DNA from: a candidate division FCPU426 bacterium
GTDB taxonomy: Bacteria; Oederibacteriota; Muellerivitia; Muellerivitales; Muellerivitaceae
Direction: 5' to 3'
DNA length: 64,000 nucleotides
NCBI GenBank assembly: GCA_963738405.1
Contig: CAVTWJ010000018.1
Coordinates: 76,294 to 140,293 of the forward strand
In this document: piece by piece, positions 1 to 7,354 of the stretch
How the letters are laid out: each line of letters begins with the position of its first letter
Numbering within the stretch: position 1 is the first letter of the stretch
Made by a program: the position numbers and the translations under genes
The notes under the pieces: generated by a model
The model's database searches: none
Told to the model about the DNA's origin: nothing
What the model saw: only the letters and a program-made list of their open reading frames with translations

Positions 1-407
1 AACCGGTATTAGCCCTATTGAAAGCCGGGGTGGATGTCCACTGCTTGAGGGATCTAACCCGGGGCGGGCTGGCCTCGGCGGTCAACGAAATCGCCCAAGC
101 TTCGAAGCATCCAATACTTCTTGATGAAGCGAATATCCCTATCCCCAAAGCGGTCAATGCCGCCTGTGAGCTTTTGGGGTTGGACCCCCTCTATGTGGCC
201 AACGAAGGCCGGTTTGCCCTTTTTGTCCCCGAAAAAGAAGTTTCGAAGGCTTTGGAAATTCTCAAAGGCTTTGAAGTCAGCGCCCAAGCAGGGGTAATAG
301 GGCAAGTTCTGGAAGGCCCCGGTAAATCCGTTCGGTTAAAGAGTGTTACGGGCGCGACAAGAATATTGGACCTTTTAAGCGGGGAACAGCTTCCCCGTAT
401 CTGCTAA
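1..407 (+). CDS. hypE: hydrogenase maturation protein HypE, C-terminal part; the 5' end lies outside the window
   Basis: The frame is open from position 3, and the track ORF 18..407 begins at an internal TTG. The C-terminal sequence ...LLSGEQLPRIC is the conserved HypE tail (C-terminal Cys), preceded by a TRGGLA block. Confidence 0.8.
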   Translation, partial: PVLALLKAGVDVHCLRDLTRGGLASAVNEIAQASKHPILLDEANIPIPKAVNAACELLGLDPLYVANEGRFALFVPEKEVSKALEILKGFEVSAQAGVIGQVLEGPGKSVRLKSVTGATRILDLLSGEQLPRIC

Positions 408-621
408 GGTCTTAATCGTGGTAAAGATTTTCCCTTTGGGTCCAGCCTGTCATTTTGATGATCAGCTTCGTTGGAACATGTCGGTTTTTAACGATTTAAG
501 GCCCCTTGAGAAGGTGATTCCGTCCCTTGGGGTTTTTATTAACCTAAAAGACCCTTGATTCGTCTAATCTTTAGTTAGAAAATAATCTTACAACGCTTCG
601 ATAAGCTATTAGGAGGCAACT

Positions 622-1035
622 ATGGGTAGCGCAAAATTAAATCTATTACTTTCCCTCGCCGCCGTTGTCGGTTTGGCGATAGGGTGCAGTACCAAGCAGG
701 TTCAAACCACCGAGGTTCCGAAAGAAACGGCGCCAGTTGCGGCGGTTCCGACCCCGACCAGTTTAAAAGATTACATGGTGATGAAGCATGACACCCTTTG
801 GGGCATCGCCGGCAAAAAGAGCATCTACGCTGATAACTTTGCCTGGCCCTTGATCTTCAAGACCAACCGCGACCTGATCACCGACCCGGATTTGATCTAT
901 CCCAAACAGGATTTCAAAATCCGCACCGGTGTTTCGGACGACGACATGTCGGGAGCCCGCACCTTGGCTTCCAAGACGCCGAAGTTCACCCCCCACAGCG
1001 AACCCCGTTCCACCCTGCCGATCGATTATTTCTGA
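622..1035 (+). CDS. LysM-domain lipoprotein
   Basis: There is a GGAGG ribosome-binding site at 612. The protein has a signal peptide with a lipobox (LAIGC), and a LysM-like block (DYMVMKHDTLWGIAGK...YPKQDF). Confidence 0.65.
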   Translation: MGSAKLNLLLSLAAVVGLAIGCSTKQVQTTEVPKETAPVAAVPTPTSLKDYMVMKHDTLWGIAGKKSIYADNFAWPLIFKTNRDLITDPDLIYPKQDFKIRTGVSDDDMSGARTLASKTPKFTPHSEPRSTLPIDYF

Positions 1036-1052
1036 TGACCGCTGTCAATCAA

Positions 1053-1084
1053 GCCCGTCCCTCTAGGGGGACGGGCTTTTTTGT
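1053..1084 (+). terminator. rho-independent terminator after the LysM lipoprotein gene
   Basis: A GC-rich hairpin (cccgtccc-tctag-gggacggg) is followed by a TTTTTTGTT run. Confidence 0.6.
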
Positions 1085-1117
1085 TGAATGGGCCTTTTTT
1101 TCCGGGAGTGAAAAAGA

Positions 1118-1333
1118 ATGAGCGGCGACTTTAAAGAGGAAATCCAGCAAAGTGCCCTTCAGGCGGCCTTGAGGACACTGGAAGCCAAGACGGCTTCCTT
1201 GGTATGCCCCGTCCACGGCCAAAGCCCCAAGTTGAAGATGACCGAAGGGGGCGGCCCCGGAAAGCAAAACATGGGTTTTGATTGCTGCTGCGACGTGCTG
1301 GCCAAGATGATGAAAGAAACATTAGAAAATTAA
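1118..1333 (+). CDS. small Cys-rich hypothetical protein (71 aa; CPVHG ... CCCD motifs)
   Basis: This is an ORF with a GGGAG ribosome-binding-like sequence upstream. It has no family I recognise. Confidence 0.35.
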   Translation: MSGDFKEEIQQSALQAALRTLEAKTASLVCPVHGQSPKLKMTEGGGPGKQNMGFDCCCDVLAKMMKETLEN

Positions 1334-1341
1334 AGGCGAAT

Positions 1342-1423
1342 CCACCACCAAGACACCAAGTACGGCAACCATTCTTATGTTTTAAACAATATTTTTTCTT
1401 GGTGCCTTGGTGTCTTGGTGGTG
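1342..1423. repeat. long inverted repeat: an 18-bp perfect stem (ccaccaccaagacaccaag / cttggtgtcttggtggtg) around a 45-nt AT-rich loop
   Basis: I read this directly from the sequence. It sits between the small Cys-rich ORF and the Gfo/Idh/MocA gene. It could be a terminator, an attenuator or a protein-binding palindrome. Confidence 0.6.
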
Positions 1424-1483
1424 AAAATAGGTTTTGTTTTTAAGCTTTAAGTCTCAAACCCCAACATTCCCGAGGTAATCACC

Positions 1484-2500
1484 ATGGCTCAAAAAATCCG
1501 CTGGGGCATCCTTTCCACCGGGGGGATCGCCCACGCCTTCGCCCAAGCCCTCAAGGTTTCCCAAACCGGCGTGCTCGCAGCCGTGGCCAGCCGGGATGAA
1601 AAGACGGCCTTGGCCTTCGCCCGCCAGTATCAAGCCCGCTCCTATTACGGTTCCTACGAAGAACTGTTGATGGACCCGGAAGTGGACGCGGTTTATATCG
1701 CCCCGCCCCATCCCTTCCACGCCGAGTGGGCGATTGAAGCGGCCAAGGCGAAAAAGCACATCCTGTGCGAAAAACCCCTGACCATGAACCCTCGGGATAC
1801 CCAAGGGGTCTTGGAAGCGGCCAAGAAGCACCGGGTCTTTTTAATGGAAGCCTTCATGTACCGTTGCCACCCCCAGACTGAGCGGTTGGTTCAACTGATA
1901 GGGCAAAAAGCGGTGGGTGAGGTAAAGCTGATTGAATCGGTATTCAGCTTTAACCGGCCGCAGGATTTGAAACACCGGCTTTGGAACAAAAAGCTCGGCG
2001 GCGGCGGAATCCTCGATATCGGGTGCTACCCGGCCTCCATGGCACGGTTGTTGGCGGGGGCCGCCTCGGGCAAGCCCTTTTTGAACCCCTCGGTGGTGGC
2101 GGGAACCGGCGTGATTTCCAAATCAAGCCCCATCGACGAGCTTTCCGCCGCGTCGCTGAAGTTTCCCAACGGGGTGTTGGCCCAAATTTTCTGCGGGTTA
2201 AGCCTGGCCAAGGGCGTAGGCGTGACGGTTTGGGGATCGAAGGGGAAAATACACGCGCCTTCCCCCTGGCACCCGGGCAGATGGACGAAGGGCGTCTCGA
2301 CGATTGAAATTCAGCTTTACGACAAGAAGCCCAAGGTCTTGAAAGTGGTGAAGGCCCTGAACCTTTACGCCGTTGAGGCGGATGAGGTGGGGCGCTGCCT
2401 ATTAAAGGGTCTCAAACAATCGCCCCGCATGTCCTGGGCGGACACCTTAGGCAACGCTAAGACTTTGGAAGCATGGTTGAAGGCAGTTCATACGAAATAG
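1484..2500 (+). CDS. Gfo/Idh/MocA-family NAD(P)-dependent oxidoreductase
   Basis: The N-terminus has a Rossmann motif (IRWGILSTGGIAHAF). It also has the EKPL motif and the family's C-terminal alpha/beta domain. Confidence 0.8.
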   Translation: MAQKIRWGILSTGGIAHAFAQALKVSQTGVLAAVASRDEKTALAFARQYQARSYYGSYEELLMDPEVDAVYIAPPHPFHAEWAIEAAKAKKHILCEKPLTMNPRDTQGVLEAAKKHRVFLMEAFMYRCHPQTERLVQLIGQKAVGEVKLIESVFSFNRPQDLKHRLWNKKLGGGGILDIGCYPASMARLLAGAASGKPFLNPSVVAGTGVISKSSPIDELSAASLKFPNGVLAQIFCGLSLAKGVGVTVWGSKGKIHAPSPWHPGRWTKGVSTIEIQLYDKKPKVLKVVKALNLYAVEADEVGRCLLKGLKQSPRMSWADTLGNAKTLEAWLKAVHTK

Positions 2501-2530
2501 GAATAGGCTGAAATTGTTTGGGGAGAGGAA

Positions 2531-3373
2531 TTACGCCGGGACCAGCTCGTCGTAGGTGCGGATGGTGTTGATAACTTCATCGATCAGATAATCCGGGGTC
2601 GAGGCCCCGGCGGTGATGCCGACCTTGGTTTTTCCCTCAAACCATTTGGGGTCCAGTTCCTGGGCGGTTTCGACGTGGTGGGTGGCATCGGGCAAAAAGG
2701 CCTCGCAAGTATCCGCCAGCTTGTGGGTGTTCGAAGAATTGCGGCCCCCGATGACGATCATGATTTGAACCTGCTGGGACAAAGCCGCCGCGGCGCTTTG
2801 CCGGTCTTTGGTGGGCTTGCAGATGGTGTTAACGGGTTTCACTTCCGAACAGCGCTCCCTTAACAGCTCCACGAAACGATCGAATTTTTCCATCAACAAG
2901 GTGCTTTGGCACACCACCCCGATACGGGCGCCTTGGGGCACCTGGGCGATATCCTCCTCGTTATAAACGATGAGGGGGTCCTTCATGCGGCTGGCGATGC
3001 CCTTCACTTCCACGTGCTTGGGGTCGCCGATGATGACGATCTGAAAACCTTGGTCCTGCAGTTTTACGCCCTCGTTGTAGATCTTGGTGACCAGGGGGCA
3101 GGTGGTGTCGATGATCTCCATGCCCTTTTCTTTCATCGTGTCCAAAACCTTGATATCTAGGCCGTGGGCGGTGATGACGACCTTGTTGTCTTCCACATCC
3201 TCGAGGGAATGGACGATTTTCTTGTTGAGGGAGGCCAGCCGGGCCACTTCCTGGGGGTTGTGGATGAGGGAACCGAAGATGAAGGCCTTATCCATGGTTT
3301 CGGCCCTCTGGATGGCGCGCTTCACGCCGAAGCAGAAGCCGGCGGCGGTGGCGACGATGATTTCACGAGACAT
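2531..3373 (-). CDS. ispH: 4-hydroxy-3-methylbut-2-enyl diphosphate reductase IspH/LytB
   Basis: The LytB family pattern is present (MSREIIVATAAGFCFGVKRAI ... conserved Cys/His). The ORF extends in frame to 3457, but the MSREII start at 3373 matches the canonical N-terminus. Confidence 0.9.
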   Translation of the reverse strand: MSREIIVATAAGFCFGVKRAIQRAETMDKAFIFGSLIHNPQEVARLASLNKKIVHSLEDVEDNKVVITAHGLDIKVLDTMKEKGMEIIDTTCPLVTKIYNEGVKLQDQGFQIVIIGDPKHVEVKGIASRMKDPLIVYNEEDIAQVPQGARIGVVCQSTLLMEKFDRFVELLRERCSEVKPVNTICKPTKDRQSAAAALSQQVQIMIVIGGRNSSNTHKLADTCEAFLPDATHHVETAQELDPKWFEGKTKVGITAGASTPDYLIDEVINTIRTYDELVPA

Positions 3374-3485
3374 ACAAGCTCCCCTGGGTTGAAACTGCCC
3401 GCGACCTTTAGGGCTTTGGGAAAAGCGATTATATATAATAGGGTCGAAAGAAAGCACCCTCCCCCCCTTTCCATGGAGCCAACCT

Positions 3486-6400
3486 TTGAGTTTTTCAATT
3501 TATTTAGGCCCCTATCGGCCTTTTCTCGAACGGTCACTCTTTGATGAGGTGAAGAATCTCCGGCAAAAAGACCCCCTGACGCCGCTGGTGGTGCTGGTTC
3601 CCAACCGCTTGCTGGTGCGCCATCTGCGGGAGGCTTTGGCGCAAGACCAGGGGAAAATTTTCAACATCCGGTTCCTGACCTTCCACCAATATCTGCTGGA
3701 AGCCACCGAGGGGAAATGGATTCAAGAGGGGTTTCGGATGCTTCCCGAATCCCTGGTGTCCTGGGTTTTGCGGGAAACGGCCAGGGGACTCAAGCCCGCA
3801 TTAAGGTCCTTCAAGTCGGTGGAAGAAACCCCCGGTTTCCACAGGACCCTCCAGGCCACCCTTTCCGAACTTCGGCAAGCCGGAATCGACCCGGCGGACC
3901 TGAAAGAATCCTCCCGCAAGATCGGGAAGGACAAGACCCGCAAGAGGCTTTCGGAAAAATGGGATGAATTTTCCAAAATTCTTTCAGCCTATGAAGCCTG
4001 GAAGCGCCAGGAGAAATGGAAAGACCGGGAAGACCTTTATGTCGACGCCCTGACCCTGCCGCCGCCCGAAACCCCGATTTGGGCTTACGGCTTTTATGAC
4101 GCACCGACGCTACAAAAAAAAGTGTTACTTCACTTAACAGCAAAACCTGAGATTGCCACGTCGCCAAACGCCCCGATTGGGGCGGCTCCTCGCAATGACA
4201 ATAAAATGGAAAATTATTGGTTTATTCCCTACGAAGACCATCCGGCTTTTGAATACGCCAAGCCTTTCGTGGAATGGGCGAAAGAATATGGGAACGTTAA
4301 AGGCGTCGGGAAATATGAAAGTGAAAAGAAAACGCCGTTAGGTAAGTTACAGAACAACATATTTAAAACCGAACAACCTCAAGGCACCCCTCACCCTGAC
4401 CCTCTCCCTCAAGGGGAGAGGGCGGCTGGTGCTCTAAAGTTTGAGGACTCCGATGTGAAGATTCTTCTGTGTCCCGGTGAACCCCGTGAAATGCGGGAAG
4501 TGGTAAGGTCCATCACCGAGGAAGCCCAGAGGCAGGGAAGTTCCTTTTCCCAATGCGGGTTGATATTGCGGCAGTTCGATGCCTACCGCCGGGAAATCGT
4601 TCCGGCCTTCGACGGCCAGAAAATCCCCATCGCCAAAAAGCCCCCGGTCTTTTTGTTAGAAACCCCGGAGGCCAAGGCCTTTTTGCTTCTGCTCGAATGT
4701 TTCCAGAACGAATTTCCACGTGAGACCCTGATGAATTTCCTATCCAGCCCCAACCTGGATCCTTCGGGTTTTGGCCTCAAGAGCGCCGACTGGAATCCTC
4801 ATTTGTGGGACCAGGCTTCCAAGGAAGCGGGCATCGTGGAAGGCGAAGGCGCCTGGCTTGACCGCTTGCAGGACCATCTACATGAAGGTTCCGACCCCGA
4901 AGGGCGGGATGAGGAAAGCTTCTCGAAAGAAGAAAGGGAAACGCTGAAGGCCTTCCGAAACCAGGTGCTTCATACGCTCTTCCAAGGGCGGCGGTTGTTC
5001 GAGAAAGAAAAGAACTGGGTGGGTAAGACTCGGGTGCTTTTTGACCTGGTCGAAAAGATCTTCCGGCCTTCCGAGGCGAAGGAACAATTGAAGACCCTTC
5101 GACGCGGCGTGGAGATTCTTTCCAAAGATTCTTTCACGGTCGAGAAAGACGAGTTGGCTTCGCTTCTCACTGGACTCATGGATGAGGTATCAATCCCCTG
5201 GGAGATTTCCGGCTTCGGCGGGGTCGAGGTGTCGGACCTCATGCAGGCCCGGGGCGTTCCCTTTGATGTGGTGGTTTTGCCCGGCTTGGTGGAGCAGGGC
5301 TTTCCCCGTGTGCCCCGGCAAGACCCTCTTTTGTTGGATGAGGAACGGCGCTTGCTCAACGGCCTACTTGAAGGCAAGGCCCATATCCCCGAGAAATCGG
5401 AGGGCCGATTGGAAGAAAAGCTTCTCTTTCTTCTCATGGCCCGAAGCGCCAAGAAATGCCTTATCCTCACCGCCTCACATTTGCATCCCGGCACGGGCGC
5501 ACCAAGGGTTCCATCCAGCTACCTGCACGAGACCCTTCGGGCCGTAACCGGCCAACGCCAGGCTGAATGGGGCGCGGATTCCCCCTATATCAAGAAGGTC
5601 GCGGTGTCCGATTGGATCAGGGACGAGGGCGCCACCCGGGTCGATGACCTGGAAGAGGTGCTTACCCGTTTTCAGGAAGCCCGCCAGGGCAACCCCCTGC
5701 CCGCCCAGGCCTATTTGGAAGGGAAGCCCTTCTATCAGGAAGCACGGGAAATGCTTCAGGAACGGCAGGGCAAGCGTCGTTTCACCCCCTATGACGGGGT
5801 CTTTGAGGATGCCAAGACCATCGAAAGGCTCAGCCAGGAACATTCCCTGCAACATAAACCCCTTTCGGCCTCGCGTCTGGAAACCTACGCCACCTGCCCA
5901 CTGCGCTATTTCTACCGCTATGTGCTGGGGTTGAAGATCCACCCCGAGCCTGAGCGGGTCTTTCAGTTGGACCCGGCGGAAAAGGGAAACCTGATGCACC
6001 AGGTTTTGGAGGAAGTTCTTTCCCGGGGCGTGAAGGAAGGCTGGCTGAAAGAACGCGACCAGGAGAAGGCCCGCAAGGTTCTTGGCGAAGAGACCCAGCG
6101 CATCTTCAAAAAGTTTGAAAAGGAAGGCGTGCCCGGATCGCTGGCCTTGTGGCAGTGGAGCCAGTTAATTTTGACCCAGGACCTGGAAAGGGTTTTGCGG
6201 GAGGTTTTGGAAGACCCAAATTGGACTCCTGTCGATTTTGAAAAGGCCTTTGGCCGTCCGGGCCAAGCCGAAGTGGCCTTTACCTCCCCCGCCGGAATCT
6301 TTCGGCTGGAAGGCTTCATGGACCGGGTGGATGTAAAAGCGGACGGGAAACACTTAAGGGTCGTGGATTACAAATCGGGTAGCGCTATCGGGTTCAAGAA

Positions 6401-6755
6401 GAACAGCGTGAAGGAAGGCACCAAGATCCAAATGCCTCTTTATCTCTGGGCCTGCCGCACGCTTTATCCCCATCTGACCCCCGAACAAGCGGTCTATGAG
6501 TTCATCACCGCCAAGGGCGGCTACGGTTCTACGCCCTTCGATGCCACCGATTGGAACAAGGTCGAGGAACCCCTGAAGGCTCTTTTGACAACGGCCTCGC
6601 AAGCAGTGGAGCGGGGCCTTTTCCCCGCGGCGGCCAAGGCTTGCGAGCGATGTGACTTTAGATTGCTCTGCGGGCCGGGCGCTGAAAAGCGGGGAGAACG
6701 GAAGAGGGAAGATATGAAGGTTGGGGATTATTACAAGCTAGAAGAATTATTGTGA
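3486..6755 (+). CDS. addB: AddB-type helicase-nuclease subunit (inactivated helicase plus RecB-family nuclease with an Fe-S cluster)
   Basis: The protein is 1089 aa. The C-terminus has a PD-(D/E)XK nuclease motif (GFMDRVD...VVDYKSG) and four Cys (YATCPLRY ... CERCDFRLLC), typical of the AddB iron-sulfur domain. It lies directly upstream of the UvrD-like AddA gene. Confidence 0.8.
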   Translation: MSFSIYLGPYRPFLERSLFDEVKNLRQKDPLTPLVVLVPNRLLVRHLREALAQDQGKIFNIRFLTFHQYLLEATEGKWIQEGFRMLPESLVSWVLRETARGLKPALRSFKSVEETPGFHRTLQATLSELRQAGIDPADLKESSRKIGKDKTRKRLSEKWDEFSKILSAYEAWKRQEKWKDREDLYVDALTLPPPETPIWAYGFYDAPTLQKKVLLHLTAKPEIATSPNAPIGAAPRNDNKMENYWFIPYEDHPAFEYAKPFVEWAKEYGNVKGVGKYESEKKTPLGKLQNNIFKTEQPQGTPHPDPLPQGERAAGALKFEDSDVKILLCPGEPREMREVVRSITEEAQRQGSSFSQCGLILRQFDAYRREIVPAFDGQKIPIAKKPPVFLLETPEAKAFLLLLECFQNEFPRETLMNFLSSPNLDPSGFGLKSADWNPHLWDQASKEAGIVEGEGAWLDRLQDHLHEGSDPEGRDEESFSKEERETLKAFRNQVLHTLFQGRRLFEKEKNWVGKTRVLFDLVEKIFRPSEAKEQLKTLRRGVEILSKDSFTVEKDELASLLTGLMDEVSIPWEISGFGGVEVSDLMQARGVPFDVVVLPGLVEQGFPRVPRQDPLLLDEERRLLNGLLEGKAHIPEKSEGRLEEKLLFLLMARSAKKCLILTASHLHPGTGAPRVPSSYLHETLRAVTGQRQAEWGADSPYIKKVAVSDWIRDEGATRVDDLEEVLTRFQEARQGNPLPAQAYLEGKPFYQEAREMLQERQGKRRFTPYDGVFEDAKTIERLSQEHSLQHKPLSASRLETYATCPLRYFYRYVLGLKIHPEPERVFQLDPAEKGNLMHQVLEEVLSRGVKEGWLKERDQEKARKVLGEETQRIFKKFEKEGVPGSLALWQWSQLILTQDLERVLREVLEDPNWTPVDFEKAFGRPGQAEVAFTSPAGIFRLEGFMDRVDVKADGKHLRVVDYKSGSAIGFKKNSVKEGTKIQMPLYLWACRTLYPHLTPEQAVYEFITAKGGYGSTPFDATDWNKVEEPLKALLTTASQAVERGLFPAAAKACERCDFRLLCGPGAEKRGERKREDMKVGDYYKLEELL

Positions 6756-6771
6756 AAGGAGTTATTGAGAT

Positions 6772-7302
6772 ATGAAATATTTTACAGGTGATATGTGGAT
6801 GGGAGTTAATTCTTCAAATAAGAAGGTAATTAATAAAGCCGATTTAATGTGGAAAAGAAATATAAAAGCTTATTCAAAACAATTAGATGGATTAAGGAAA
6901 CATTTAGGGAAAAGAAACTATGATTTTTTTAAAAATATTTCTTTGCACGATAGTTGTTTTATTTCATTCAAGTTCAACCAACGTGAAAGTGAAAGTGTTC
7001 AAAAGATATTAAGATCGCCATTTAATTTTCAAAAAAGAATAATTGAAATAATAACTATAGAAGCCGAAAAGAATCAGATAGTTAAATTGATTTATAAAAA
7101 AGTATTTTCTGTCTTTATGGATTTGCCTGAAAAAGCACCTTTATTCGATGACTCTGATTATTTGGGGGGATGGGGTTATGGAGAATTAACATTAGATAAA
7201 AAAGGCCATCTTCAGCATGAAATACTTTTTAGCACTGGTGCGACGATTAAAATCGCCTTTGAAAATTTTGACTTTAAATATTTGTCAAAACCAAAGGTTT
7301 GA
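6772..7302 (+). CDS. hypothetical 176-aa protein encoded by a low-GC insert (about 30% GC) between addB and addA
   Basis: The ORF has an AGGAG ribosome-binding site 7 nt upstream. Its composition contrasts strongly with both neighbours, and I recognise no domain. Confidence 0.5.
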   Translation: MKYFTGDMWMGVNSSNKKVINKADLMWKRNIKAYSKQLDGLRKHLGKRNYDFFKNISLHDSCFISFKFNQRESESVQKILRSPFNFQKRIIEIITIEAEKNQIVKLIYKKVFSVFMDLPEKAPLFDDSDYLGGWGYGELTLDKKGHLQHEILFSTGATIKIAFENFDFKYLSKPKV

Positions 7303-7354
7303 ACATCCATAACGTGGAGCTAGACCGAATGACTTGTAAATACTGGAAAACGAA

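Noticed and set aside
4970-5494. 174-aa minus-strand ORF inside addB, plus similar antisense ORFs inside addA (7742..8248), ispH (3164..3544), the GT39-like gene (11435..11845) and gcvP (38696..39109)
   Set aside because: Each is fully embedded antisense or out of frame within a long, well-supported gene. Their composition is Arg/Ser/Pro-rich, as expected from GC-rich non-coding frames.
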